From Eledone cirrhosa (lineage: Eukaryota): DNA of 64,000 nucleotides. Under the pieces are notes generated by a model, which had not been told where the DNA came from, did not search any database, and saw only the letters and a program-made list of their open reading frames with translations. Positions 13,958-30,018 of this stretch are shown in pieces. The DNA lies in contig OZ024746.1 in the NCBI GenBank assembly GCA_964016885.1, forward strand, positions 19,592,001 to 19,656,000, in the 5' to 3' direction. The number at the start of each line of letters is the position of its first letter. Position 1 is the first letter of the stretch. A program made the position numbers and the translations under genes.

Positions 13958-14298
13958 TGATGGCTGCCCCCTCGTTATCGAGTATGGCCATTACACGATA
14001 TACCATTATTAATAATTATTAATTAATTCTATCGTGCAATGCCTGTGCGTGAAGATTTTTTTTAAGTGAGGAAAGACTGTGCACTGAGCCAATCCCATCC
14101 CCTGAGCGACAGTAGCTATAACCTGAAAAGAAGAAAAGATCAACATTATCGGTAACTACATCATCGCATGGTCGGGTCGTCGGCGATTAAACTGGCAACC
14201 CCACCAAGTTTACTTGATGAGGAGGGTGATTTTGAACACCCTGCAGGACAAAAAACAAAACCTGACAAAGGGAAGAATTCATAAGAGTCAACGGCCAC
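13958..14298. mobile_element. RTE-derived element with inverted 5' part
   Basis: Minus-strand 3' end (reads TGATGGCTGCCCCCTCGTTATCGAG on plus) joined to a plus-strand copy of the 5' region (CATGGTCGGGTCG..AAACTGGCAACCCC) of the 610-bp family. Confidence 0.6.
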
Positions 14299-14312
14299 AC
14301 ATACATATATAC

Positions 14313-14796
14313 ATGGTGGCTGCCAACTCATTTTCGAGTACGGCCACTACTTCATATCCATGTAGGAGACCCCTACTGATGCGCTGAACGAGTGTGACTT
14401 TTTAGTCTAGCCAGCGACTTGAAAACTCTGGTACAAACACTGCACTTGTGACAATTATTGACACATAGTGCTGGGCCCATGGTACCATGTGACGACAAGA
14501 GCAGAGAGATCTCCAGATATAAAGCAATGCCTGTGGCGTGAAGCTTTTATAGTGAGCAAAGGCACTGCACAAAGCCAGTCCCACTCTCTTAACCAAGATG
14601 ATATTTACCAAAAAGAAGAACAAGTCAACATCATTGGATACCATCAGGGTTGCAGGTGTTATATCAGAGTTTTCCTTCTCCTATAATTCTGCCTTGACAA
14701 AGGCTAAGGGGTCATCTCTCCCGGTGACTTTGGATGGCCATTGACTCTTAAGAGCTCCTTTTCTCTTTGACAAGTTTTGTTTTTAGTCCTGCAGGA
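14313..14796 (-). mobile_element. RTE-derived non-autonomous element, 5' truncated
   Basis: Near-identical to four other copies; C2H2 remnant [15 protein letters not shown]; (ATGT)n tail. Confidence 0.85.
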
Positions 14797-14842
14797 CATA
14801 CATACATACATACATACATACATACATACATACATACATACA

Positions 14843-14875
<33 letters not shown>

Positions 14876-15195
14876 GTATGTATAGTAAGAGAATCAACAA
14901 AAAGAAAAACCACTCTCTATATAAACAGAGCTAATTTATTAAGGATCGTACACAGGAAATCTATAACGCAAACTTAGATTTCATGACCGAACAAGATTGC
15001 ATGATCGCAATCGTCAGTCGTTCTTTAAACGTTAAGTACTTCTGTCTGGAGGCTGATGTTTCCACAAGGAGATGAATTACTTTTTAAGATGTAAACAGCT
15101 CCTGAAAACCTCATTTTTAGAGTTTGTATATTCGTGTGACGATTTCAACTTCTTCGACCTGAAACAACGAGCCTACATGATATAGCAATCTTTTG

Positions 15196-15256
<61 letters not shown>

Positions 15257-15887
15257 TAGATATGTACATATATTACATTATATCATATTATATTGTATTG
15301 TATTGTATTGTATTATATCATATTGTATTGTATTATATTATATTATATTATATTATATTGCATTGTATTATATTATATTTTTCCGTCATTCAGGATCTTC
15401 TCCATTATTCTATAAACTATTTTATAACATCTTCATGCATGAGCACATCCTTCTTTATATTAATTTAATCCCATCTGCACTTCGTAAAAATCCGAGAGAT
15501 TGGCTACGTATACACATTATATTATATTATACTTATCTGGTTCACTGGGGCGTCATGTTTCACCCCTAGCAGCCAAGATATATTTACTGCATTCTCTTTG
15601 CTTGCCAAAACTTAAATTAATTGATATTTTGAAGCAATCTTTCTTGACTGCTGTTTTTAAATTTTGAATAAACCCAAGGGAAGTTCTTGTTTTTCAATTG
15701 CAAGGGAAATTTCAGATAATTGAAGGTTTCAAGTTCATTACAGTACATAGGTGAGGCTCCATCGTACGTAAATACATACATACATACTTACATACATAGA
15801 TATACACATACATACAAGCATACATAGATATATACATACCTACATACTTACATACATAGACACATACATGCATACTTACATACATAG

Positions 15888-16495
15888 ATGGTGGCTGCCA
15901 ACTCGTTTTCGAGTACGGCCACTACTTTATATCTATGTAGGAGAACCCCTACCGATGCGCTGAACGAGCGTGACTTTTTAGTCCAGCCAACGACTTGAAA
16001 ACTCTGGTACAAACACTGCACTTGTGATAATTATTGACACATAGTGCTGGGCATATGGTACCATGTGATGACAAGTGCAGAGAGATCTCCAGATATAAAG
16101 CAATGCCTGTGGCGTGAAGCTTTTATAGTGAGCAAAGGCACTGCACAAAGCCAGTCCCACTCTCTTAACCAAGATGATATTTACCAAAAAGAAGAACAAG
16201 TCAACATCATTGTATACCATCAGAGTTGCAGGTGTTATATCAGAGTTTTCCTTCTCCTAGAATTCTGCCTTGACAAAGGTTAAGGGGTCATCTTTCCCAG
16301 TGATTTTGGATGGCCATTGACTCTTAAGAGCTCCTTTGCCCTTTGACAGGTTTTGTTTTTAGTCCTGCAGGATGTCCAAAGTCACCCTCCTCACCAAGAA
16401 ACCTTGGTAGGGTTGCCAGTTTAGTCGCCAACGACCCGACCATGAGACAGATTGTACTGGGATACATGTTACCAGTAGCACCAACTGGTGACCTG
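15888..16495 (-). mobile_element. RTE-derived non-autonomous element, ~610 bp, apparently full length
   Basis: Same ends as 50498-51110; flanking direct repeat ACATACATAG. Confidence 0.85.
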
Positions 16496-19400
16496 ACATA
16501 CATAGACACATACATGCATACTTACATACATAGATATATACATACATACAAGCATACATAGATATATACATACCTACATACTTACATACATAGACACATA
16601 CATGCATACTTACATACATAGATATATACATATATACAAGCATACATAGATATATACATACCTACATACTTACATACATAGACACATACATGCATACTTA
16701 CATACATAGATATATACATACATACAAGCATACATAGATATATACATACCTACATACTTACATACATAGACACATACATGCATACTTACATACATAGATA
16801 TATACATACATACAAGCATACATAGATATATACATATATACAAGCATACATAGATATATACATACCTACATACTTACATACATAGACACATACATGCATA
16901 CTTACATACATAGATATATACATATATACAAGCATACATAGATATATACATACCTACATACTTACATACATAGACACATACATGCATACTTACATACATA
17001 GATATATACATACATACAAGCATACATAGATATATACATACCTACATACTTACATACATAGACACATACATGCATACTTACATACATAGATATATACATA
17101 CATACAAGCATACATAGATATATACATATATACAAGCATACATAGATATATACATACCTACATACTTACATACATAGACACATACATGCATACTTACATA
17201 CATAGATATATACATACATACAAGCATACATAGATATATACATACCTACATACTTACATACATAGACACATACATGCATACTTACATACATAGATATATA
17301 CATATATACAAGCATACATAGATATATACATACCTACATACTTACATACATAGACACATACATGCATACTTACATACATAGATATATACATACATACAAG
17401 CATACATAGATATATACATACCTACATACTTACATACATAGACACATACATGCATACTTACATACATAGATATATACATACATACAAGCATACATAGATA
17501 TATACATATATACAAGCATACATAGATATATACATACCTACATACTTACATACATAGACACATACATGCATACTTACATACATAGATATATACATATATA
17601 CAAGCATACATAGATATATACATACCTACATACTTACATACATAGACACATACATGCATACTTACATACATAGATATATACATACATACAAGCATACATA
17701 GATATATACATACCTACATACTTACATACATAGACACATACATGCATACTTACATACATAGATATATACATACATACAAGCATACATAGATATATACATA
17801 TATACAAGCATACATAGATATATACATACCTACATACTTACATACATAGACACATACATGCATACTTACATACATAGATATATACATATATACAAGCATA
17901 CATAGATATATACATACCTACATACTTACATACATAGACACATACATGCATACTTACATACATAGATATATACATATATACAAGCATACATAGATATATA
18001 CATACCTACATACTTACATACATAGACACATACATGCATACTTACATACATAGATATATACATACATACAAGCATACATAGATATATACATACCTACATA
18101 CTTACATACATAGACACATACATGCATGCTTACATACATAGATATATACATATATACAAGCATACATAGATATATACATACCTACATACTTACATACTTA
18201 GACACATACATGCATACTTACATACATAGATATATACATACATACAAGCATACATAGATATATACATACCTACATACTTACATACATAGACACATACATG
18301 CATACTTACATACATAGATATATACATACATACAAGCATACATAGATATATACATATATACAAGCATACATAGATATATACATACCTACATACTTACATA
18401 CATAGACACATACATGCATACTTACATACATAGATATATACATATATACAAGCATACATAGATATATACATACCTACATACTTACATACATAGACACATA
18501 CATGCATACTTACATACATAGATATATACATATATACAAGCATACATAGATATATACATACCTACATACTTACATACATAGACACATACATGCATACTTA
18601 CATACATAGATATATACATATATACAAGCATACATAGATATATACATGGTGGCTGCCAACTCGTTTTTGAGTATGGCCACTACTTTATATCCATGTAGGA
18701 GAACTACCAATGCGCTGAACGAGTGTGACTTTTTAGTCCAGCCAGCGACTTGAAAACTCTGGTACAAACACTACACCTGTGACAATTATTGACACATAGT
18801 GCTGGGCCCATGGTACCATGTGACGACAAGTGCAGAGAGATCTCCAGATATAAAGCAATGCCTGTGCTGTGAAGCTTTTATAGTGAGCAAAGGCACTGCA
18901 CAAAGCCAGTCCCACTCTCTTAACCAAGATGATATTTACCAAAAAGAAGAACAATTCAACATCATTGGATACCATCAGGGTTGCAGGTGTTATATCAGAG
19001 TTTTCCTTCTCCTAGAATTCTGCCTTGACAAAGGCTAAGGGGTCATCTCTCCCTGTGATTTTGGATGGCCATTGACTCTTAAGAGCTCCTTTGCCCTTTG
19101 ACAGGTTTTGTTTTTAGTCCTGCAGGATGTCCAAAGTCACCCTCCAAATATATACATACCTACATACTTACATACATAGACACATACATGCATACTTACA
19201 TACATAGATATATACATACATACAAGCATACATAGATATATACATACCTACATACTTACATACATAGACACATACATGCATACTTACATACATAGATATA
19301 TACATATATACAAGCATACATAGATATATACATACCTACATACTTACATACATAGACACATACATGCATACTTACATACATAGATATATACATACATACA

Positions 19401-19640
19401 AGCATACATAGATATATACATACCTACATACTTACATACATAGACACATACATGCATACTTACATACATAGATATATACATATATACAAGCATACATAGA
19501 TATATACATACCTACATACTTACATACATAGACACATACATGCATACTTACATACATAGATATATACATACATACAAGCATACATACATACATATATACA
19601 TATATACATACATACATAGATATATACATACAAGCATATA
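16496..19640 (+). repeat. 88-bp satellite built from diverged TACA units (24-bp sub-repeat variants), interrupted at 18646-19145
   Basis: CATAGACACA recurs at 16501, 16589...; the same sequence also at 15775-15887. Confidence 0.95.
18646..19145 (-). mobile_element. RTE-derived non-autonomous element, 5' truncated
   Basis: Same family; flanking repeat ATATATAC(AT). Confidence 0.85.
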
Positions 19641-19660
19641 TAGATACATACAAGCATACA

Positions 19661-20043
19661 AGCCGAAGGGTCTTTGGAGTAACGTTACTCAATAGAGTGC
19701 GTAGTTCGGAGATCAGAGAGTCACTCCGGCTAGAGCCGCTACTTCTCCGAATTGAGATATCATAGCTCCGATGTTATGGTCATGTGGTTAAAATGTCTCT
19801 GGAAAGAATCACTGGACAGATTTTATAGGCAAAACCAACCGATAGGAGAACTACGGGTAGACCCCGAGCAAGTTGGTTAGATAACATCCATGGGCTCGGC
19901 AGGTCCCGCTTGAGGATTCAGCCGGATCAGTTAGAAACAGTTGCTTCTGACAGGACTCGCTAGGTGGAGTGTGTGAGGACCTTGCTCCCACGATCCTCCC
20001 AGGAATAAGTGGAAGAAGAAGAAGAAGAAGAAGAAGAAGAAGA
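19661..20043 (+). mobile_element. RTE (Expander/Rex3-like) LINE 3' end, pseudogenised
   Basis: RRVFGVTLLNRVRSSEIRESLRLEPLLLRIE..LRCYGHVVKM..GRPRASWLD; stop followed by (GAA)n tail. Confidence 0.88.
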
Positions 20044-20519
20044 CTAGTTGTCAACAGAAACTGATGATCAGCAATAAGCAATGTTATAAACCCTTGACAG
20101 CCTTAAGGGAACTCATTATCCAGAAATAACATTAGCTAAGTAAACAAATGAAATTTGATTCATTCTTCTCTGCAATTTGTTGCAGTCCTGCTGCAGCTGT
20201 TAAATTTGCTGTTGGTATTTGTGACCTGTATTCTAAGGACTCATGCCGCAGTCTCTACGAATGGGAAGTAACTCTAAACACACCTTTACCACATAAAAAT
20301 TGTTTGTTATCTACCACAGATAAATTAAATTATCGATTTATGGTATCAACGTTTCAACAATTCTTATAATTTTTAATGTTCAATAATTTCATTTATTTAT
20401 ATAAAAATGTCCTAGAAATGCCTTATGCCAATACGACGCCCCTACGACTCCGTCGGGTGTTATTGGACCATACTATCATACCAAAGTACCGTGGTTGAGA
20501 TATTCCACTTTCCTATCAA

Positions 20520-20701
20520 CAGACCTGCCAACCTCTAAAAATCCAAACGGGAGGTACCATGAAAGAGGGGAGAAATTAGGTAAAATGGGGGAGATTTTAC
20601 ATAATGAAAGCTATACTCATTTTTACAAGAGAAAACATCTTTCACCCACCCCAAAGTGAGTGGAAGATCTCCCCGTCGGACGGGGAGAGCTGACAGGTGT
20701 G
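20520..20701. mobile_element. Small MITE with imperfect TIRs
   Basis: CAGACCTGCCAACTCT ... AGAGCTGACAGGTGTG. Confidence 0.55.
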
Positions 20702-20959
20702 TATCAACCTAAATTGCTAGCCTTGTACCAAATTTAGTCAAAAGTCGTCGTTGTGATAGCTGCACACTGTCTAAAGGTTCAAAATTTCGTATCTTACTAT
20801 CGTTACTACATTGTAACACGGTATAAACGTTTCGCTCATGCAAACATTCACACGACCTGTAATCATAGTTGTAAGTATCTAACCATAACGATAAATGACG
20901 AGTGTTTTGTCTCCATGCAATGATCAGACGCGGAATCTGTGGGCTTAAGTTATAGTGAT

Positions 20960-21169
20960 TTCTGATCTAGACACAAGGCCAACAATTTTGGGAGTGAGGA
21001 AAGTCGATTAAATCAACCCTAGTGCATTACTGGTACTTTATTTTATTGACCCTGTATGGATGAAAGACAAAGCTAACCTCGGCGGGATTTGAACTCAGAA
21101 CGTAAAGGGATGTAACCATATGCCGCAAAGTATGTTGTAGACCTACTGATACTGCCAATCTATCGCCCT
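20960..21169 (-). mobile_element. OK-like SINE, full length
   Basis: Head, core and tail all present. Confidence 0.9.
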
Positions 21170-21936
21170 GGCTTAAGTTATAATAAAGTCACTAAAAATA
21201 TGGTCCCTACTTCTAAGTTTACAACCATATTTTACCATCGTCTTAGTTCCAGAAGGGACTAAAAAAGGGAAAGATTTGAAAACAGAAAGAAATAATTCTT
21301 CAAACCAAAACCAAACGTTCGTATCGTTTGTCGGAGATATCTTTCAACTGCCTGCTGTTGTCGAGTAAGCTCACTAAACCTATTTACGCAGAAAAAAACT
21401 TTTTAGAGATGACTAATATAACAGTGTGTTGGGTTCGTCATCTGCTGCTAAGATTATTTTCAATCAACAGTCAACTCCGTTCATACTTAAAGGCCCGCCT
21501 ACGTCTCCAACAATGATCCTCGTTATTTCTCATTCCCAGTAGTCGTTAACTGAATCACGAGGGAATAATGATTTCCTACATTGTTTTAAAAGGTGACTAA
21601 TTGGCAGAGTCATTAAAACGTCGGCTAGAATGCTTTGTGGTATTCGTTCCGGCTCTCTGAGTTGAAACCACGTCGAGGTCAACTTAGCCTTTCATCCATT
21701 CATGGTCGATAAAAGAAGTACCAGTCTAGTACTTGGCTTTACTTTCAACTCAAGTTCTCAGATCAATTTCTAACCAAATAAGGACAGCGTCGAATTTTAT
21801 TTATCTTTCGAGTAAAATTTAAGCCAGTCATGTTGCAAACTGCAGCCCGTTTGGCTTTCTGAATGTCACCCCTAATTTTAGAATTGCATACATACAAGCA
21901 TGCATGCATTCATACATACATTAACAATATTTCGTG

Positions 21937-22009
<73 letters not shown>

Positions 22010-22347
22010 CATTAAATTAAAAATCGATTGACATATATATATAAAATAAACACATGCTTATATATATATATATATACAGTGGCGGACTGGGTCTAAAAAT
22101 ATTGGTTGCCAGCCGATGAAGTGGGCCCACCTACATATAGAATGCTATCATTTTTATAATGAATAAATAACATTTTCGAAAAATACATAAGTGGAAACAA
22201 AACAGTGCAATCAAATTTTTGCGGAAAAATATCTTACCTTCTACAATAAAAAATATTATGTATTACTAATAGCTCTAGGAAAGCCATGAACGACATCACA
22301 TCATTTTAACTTTGAAAGTAGGTTTATAATTATCGATTTTCTTTTGT

Positions 22348-22577
22348 AGCTGTCTCGGTGGCCTACTCGGTGGAATCATAGACGGTGGTGATCCTGGCCT
22401 GAAGTTCGATCCGAGTCGGGAGTAGCGTTCCCGGTAATCCTTTTTAGTTTTTTTCTATGGGTTGTAAAATAAAAACTGAAAAAAAAGGGCTACATGTACC
22501 TCTTGACCAGGATTGAACCCATGACCAGGTTCCCCACCGTCTCTAGTACCTACCGCTAGTCCACTGAGACAACTACA
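22348..22577. ncRNA. Two convergent tRNA-like Pol III units inside the hAT-like element
   Basis: Plus: GTGGCCTACTCGG / GTTCGATCC then T-runs. Minus: GTGGACTAGCGG / GGTTCAATCC then T-runs. Repeated at 62505-62727. Confidence 0.6.
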
Positions 22578-22802
22578 AAAGTCTGATGAAAATTCATACT
22601 TATAAACCTACTTTCAAAATTTTCAAACCAAAGTGTTGTGGTGTCGTTCCTGCCTTTCTTAATGTTATTGATCCTACTTAAAGTCGACTTCTAAATCATT
22701 TGGGTGTTTCATAAACTACATCCTCGTTTTGTTTCTCATCTTCCTAGACTATATTTTAACCTGTAATCCATGTTTCATTTCTGTTCCACCTCATTTCTCC
22801 CC

Positions 22803-22870
<68 letters not shown>

Positions 22871-22909
22871 ATATTAAATAAATGGAAACTATATTTATAA
22901 AACGATATT

Positions 22910-22972
22910 TATTTCATTATATATATTTTAAGCGTACCAAAAGACTTTGGTACGCTTTCTTCAGATAAAATA
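22910..22972 (-). ncRNA. Family B hammerhead with G12>A change
   Basis: TATTTTAT-CTGAAGA-AAGCGTACCAAA.GTCT.TTTGGTACGCTT-AAAA-TATATA-TA-ATGAAATA; perfect 12-bp stem II. Confidence 0.65.
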
Positions 22973-23100
22973 CAAAGTTTGTTTTATAAATAGAGACATA
23001 CCCAGGAAAATCATACATCATACCTTATCAGTTGGATATTATCTGGATAGATATATTTGTCGGATTTCCAACAAATTAAATACCCCTTCTACTTATATAT

Positions 23101-23278
<178 letters not shown>

Positions 23279-24003
23279 TTGTGTGTCTGTGTCTATATAT
23301 GTATGTTCTCATGCATGAATGAATACACTAAGCTTTAGATTTAGTAGAATGTACAACTACTGATTCCAGCTATTTGCACTATCGTATATTTTGGTTTCTA
23401 GTAATTCCCTGGGGAATTGGTTGACCAAATGCTTTGCTTAATTGTTTTATCTATTTTTTTTTTATTTTATTCTTTCTCTTAGATTTCAGGTATCTTTTGA
23501 AAGCAAAGCATTGGGCCCTAAAATACTACAGTGGGCCCTGCAATGCTACTGTGGGCTCTTGCAATGCTACCGTGGGCTCCCCGAGGTCCACTTGGCATTG
23601 GGCAACCTGGTAACCTGGCAAGTCCGCCACTGTATATATATATATAAAGAACACGAACAAAAAGAAACAACACAGTTGAATCCAAAAATAACTCAGCTCG
23701 ACATAGTCGATATCATACTTAATATATTTTCAATTCAATAACAATACTTGTATTGAGCGTTTTCTCTAAAACTCTTGTAATACGTATTCCACCCAATTAT
23801 ATAAGACAAATTACACATCACATATTCTACACAATCACTAACTAATCATATAACACAGCTTACACAGCCCAAACTCTACACAATCAACCAGCCAATGAAG
23901 TAAAATAACATATACTCTTACACAATTGACACTGAATACAATAACGTCTGCTTACACTACCAACTGTTCATATTCTACACACAATTGCCAACTAATAATG
24001 TAC

Positions 24004-24070
<67 letters not shown>

Positions 24071-24138
24071 CACTGCAATAGTGGTTCTCAACATGTTTTT
24101 TTTTTCTCTTATAGCCCCTTTTCTGAACAAATATGCGC

Positions 24139-24190
<52 letters not shown>

Positions 24191-25702
24191 CCCTTCAACT
24201 CCTCATAGATGTTATTAGTTAAAGAAAAAAAACAAACAAACTATGTTTGCCATTAACAATGTTTATTAATCACAGCTGTATTATATAAAAGCAAATTGTT
24301 TGTAGTATCTTGTAAAAACGGCCATTTTAATTCAGATAAAAATTGTGCATTTGCAGACAATATTCTACAAGGATATAACATATATAAGAACTGTTATCAA
24401 TTAACTTTAATAATGCATACTATTTTTTTTTTTTTTTACCAAAGCAAATACTTAAAAATATGGAATACATATATACTGACAACATATTCTTACTATTGGC
24501 ACTTTAGTCAACTTATGGGCTTGCATCATTCTTGTGGATAATGTAAATTCGTAATTTTATTCAGTATCTGGCTACAGTGGTAAGAAACTCTGAGGAGAGC
24601 TGGACAGCAGAAGGTTTTCAGGAATGAAGCCCCTCCCGTCAAGCAAGTGTATCGGCCCTTAACTTCTTACGCTCGAAGGCGGTCGGGCCGCATCCTGGTC
24701 AATAATTCCTGGGTACCCTTCTGCTGATATCGGAAACTTGTGTATTTAAACTGTGTGGAGATTTGTTGACAAGATCTAGCTGGAACTACTCTCTTGTTGC
24801 CTCTGCTTTCAAACTTATATTTAAACGATTTCTTGTTGGATCCGCTAAGATCACATCTTATAGCTGTAAGTTGTCGATAGCGGGTTGGTAATTATCTTCT
24901 TTGTGTCCTTTTTGTGGACCTTGTAATGCTTAGGCACAGCAATTTTCTTTTTTAAGAAAAGAACCCTCTATAGTTATTTATTTGTTTTGTAAGGTTCTTG
25001 ATGTGTGTTAAAACAAATATTGTTATATTTGGGGATAGTCATGTTGGCAATTTTACCAATAAAAACACACGAACTATTTAATGAAGCTGGATTGAAAATT
25101 CACATAGTGTGTATGTTTATATTGACAATCCTGGCAACATGACTATCCCCAAGCATAACAACCGCTATAGTTGTTTTCCATCAATTGTACAAGCCATTAT
25201 ATGCTCAAGTGGAATACTATTTTCCTTGAAATTAATCTAAATTTCTTTAAATATTGCTTCAAGTTTGATGTCTGTCGTAAGTGTTCTGATAAAAAGAATT
25301 TCTTTTTTGAGATGATTATCATTTTAAAATTTAACATACTCCATCAGAAGGATTTAATTGTCCATCAAAATAAGCTTTCAGGGTAATACTGCTTCACTTA
25401 CAATCGTCCAACTAATTGCTTTTCCGCTCCTCAGTGATTTCATCATTATTAAAACGATGTTTTTATTTCGCATCGTTTTTTTTTCGTTTATTTTTTGTTT
25501 TTTGTTTCGCATTTGAAAAGAAAGTAATAGCCCAGAAATATGTTGAAATATACTGGGTAAGAAAACATTACTTTGTTTTATTTGTCATCCTTTACCCTTT
25601 ATATATTTCTATCACATTGTACTGGCTTTCTGAAACTTATCAGTCACAATATTTCATTCAACTATACTACTTTATATATGGAACTTTTGAAAGCAGGATA
25701 AT

Positions 25703-26087
25703 AATTGTTTCTACTTTAGGCACAAGGCCAGCAATTATCCAGTGCATTACTGGTACTTTATTTTATCGACCCCGTAAGGATGAAAGGCAAAGTCAACCTC
25801 GGCGGGATTTGAACTCAGATCGTAAAGGGACGTAACTATGCTGGAAAGCATGGCGTCCGACCCTCTACCGATACTGCCAATCCACCGCCGGATAATAATT
25901 GTTTCTATTTTAGGCACAAGGCCAGCAATTACCCAGTACATTACTGGTACTTTATTTTATCGACCCCGTAAGGATGAAAGGCAAAGTTAACCTCGGCGAC
26001 ATTTGAACTCAGATCATAAAGGGACGTAACTCTATGCTTCAAAGCATGGTGTCCGACTCTCTACCGATACTGCCAATCCACCGCCGG
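25703..26087 (-). mobile_element. Tandem dimer of OK-like SINE
   Basis: Two head-to-tail copies, each ending CCAATCCACCGCC on plus; an opposite-orientation copy follows at 26160-26376. Confidence 0.9.
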
Positions 26088-26639
26088 ATAATAATAATCT
26101 CTAATATTGAAGTAAAGCACATTTGTCTGAATTTGTACTCAATATTTCTTGATGTACTAAGGCAGTGTGTTAACAGTAATCGGTAGAGCGTCGGACACCA
26201 TGGTTCACGACATATAGTTACTTCCCTTTACGTTCTGAGTGCAAATTCCACCGAGGTTAACTTTACCTTTCATCCTTACGAGGTCGATAAAATAAGGTAC
26301 CAGTAATGCACTGGGACGATTTAATTGACTTTCTCCTCCTCCGAAATTGTTGGCGTTGTGCCTAAACCAGAAACCATTTCTTGATATACTCCCCCCCCCC
26401 CCCCCACCCTCTTCTACCAAAACAACAACAACAACAGCAGCAGCAACATAATAAACAATAATACATGGTTTAATGTTGGAGCTGAAAATTTGTATGTTGA
26501 TGGATACAGTCTGTGTGTTAAATGTTATTTATACGAGCATTTAATTTGTTTTGAAATTAGGATATGCTTAGTTATGAACTACATAGAATTAGACAGATTT
26601 TGGGCAAGATATACATTTGAATAAATTAGTGTGTGTATG

Positions 26640-27426
<787 letters not shown>

Positions 27427-27905
27427 GTAGTTGTGTTTTTAAATACAAGAGCACCAAATATGATACACCTAATTTAAACATTTAAGATTTACAAAGATCA
27501 TTATTTATAACAGATGTGTGTTAAATATAAAATAGATAAGTACATCCTGAAGAAATTTACCCAACAAAAACAGGATACATACAACTTCGCAATCATTTTT
27601 TTTTTTTTTTTACCCTAACAATTTATCTTGAAAACACTTCTGTACAAACCATTCATTATTAACAAACCTAGTACAGCAATGAAGATGCTGTGAGGCAACA
27701 AATATAATATATCGTATTTAATGTAAAGGTAAGTTGTAAGCTCCTTATGACTCAAAATGTTACATAAACCAAACTAATAGTGCTGGACTTACCTATAAGC
27801 TAAATAAACTATAGCTTAGGGCCACACACTCCCGGGCGCCTCATTTTTTAAAATATTTTTTTATTTTATCATTAGTGTTTTATTCTTTAACACTAAATCA
27901 TCATA

Positions 27906-27978
<73 letters not shown>

Positions 27979-28031
27979 TATTCCTGATAATTTCATACAA
28001 ATAGAACACTTATAGTCTTGTAGAAATCATT

Positions 28032-28095
<64 letters not shown>

Positions 28096-28116
28096 AAATC
28101 TTTATTATATAGAAAT

Positions 28117-28167
28117 AGATTCTACAAGACTAGAACTGTTTCATTCGTATGAAATCATCAGGAATCT
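28117..28167 (-). ncRNA. Family A hammerhead ribozyme motif
   Basis: AGATTC-CTGATGA-TTTC.ATAC.GAAT-GAAACAG.TTCTAGTC.TTGT-A-GAATCT. Confidence 0.78.
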
Positions 28168-28296
28168 TTATAATAAAGATGTCTATAATCTACCAACGTA
28201 TTGGGTACTCTTTTTTTAACTATGGTTACCTCCCACCCCACCCCACCCTGACACAACCCCGTAACCTACATATACATACAAATGTATATATATATA

Positions 28297-28422
28297 CAGG
28301 GGCGGTGGAACAGGGAGGGGGATGCACCCACCCAAAACACTCATCTATTTGTATACGCTCTACAATTTATGTACAAACCAAATTTTCCCCTACCCCATTC
28401 AGAAATGCTTCCACTGCCTCTG
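28297..28422. mobile_element. 126-bp hAT-like MITE
   Basis: CAGGGGCGGTGGAA / TTCCACTGCCTCTG; partial second copy at 57326-57418. Confidence 0.7.
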
Positions 28423-28750
<328 letters not shown>

Positions 28751-28977
28751 TATATATATATATATTATTATTATGTAATAAACAACATAAGGCAATTATT
28801 CCATTTACCAGTGGTTTCTTAAAAGCAAAAGGTTTTGCTTTCAATCCTCAGAATGAAAAATCCTGGTTTGTTTATTGAATATGGATTCTAAAAACAAAAA
28901 TGCAATCTATATGAAAGTGAGGCTGGAAAAGGGAGAATATGTAAAATTTGGCTTCGTTTATTATAAATTATAGATAT

Positions 28978-29032
28978 ACTGGTATATATATTTCGGTGCC
29001 AGCCATCATGGGCTGTGACCTCTTCAGGCAGT
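28978..29032 (-). ncRNA. Hammerhead motif (family E)
   Basis: ACTGC-CTGAAGA-GGT..CAGCC.CATGAT.GGCTG..ACC-GAAA-TATATA-TA-CCAGT; one mismatch at the base of stem I. Confidence 0.62.
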
Positions 29033-29170
29033 CCGAAATGGTGTGGAAAAGACAGGTACACATGTTGTTGAAGTGTATTTTACTCCGTCAATACATCGAT
29101 ATGTCCAATTACTGGTTGTGTTGTTATTCCACTGAGGAACTGGAATCATATGTAAACAACCAACATATAC

Positions 29171-29219
<49 letters not shown>

Positions 29220-29226
29220 GTATATA

Positions 29227-29303
<77 letters not shown>

Positions 29304-29403
29304 GTATATATATTTATATATATGTATATATATATATGTATATGTAAATATATATATATACTTCCATATATATACATATATATATACATATATATATATA
29401 TAC

Positions 29404-29503
<100 letters not shown>

Positions 29504-29525
29504 ACATATATATAAATATATATAA

Positions 29526-29823
<298 letters not shown>

Positions 29824-29824
29824 A

Positions 29825-29857
<33 letters not shown>

Positions 29858-29956
29858 CGGAGGAGTTGTGGTAAGGAACCAGATGGACCATAACGCACCA
29901 GAGTACTCAATACTTAGGGTAGTAGAGTGGGTAAAAGGTGAAAGTATCACTTTTGC

Positions 29957-30018
<62 letters not shown>

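Noticed and set aside
14966-15023. Additional hammerhead motifs here and at ~31245, ~32208 and ~33760
   Set aside because: Core or stems too degenerate to call; possibly relics.
16405-16495. HDV-like ribozyme at the 5' end of the RTE-derived element (CCAGT/ACTGG, GTCG/CGAC, CTAA)
   Set aside because: Could not place a P1 3' strand or a consistent P1.1, so the fold is unsupported by eye.
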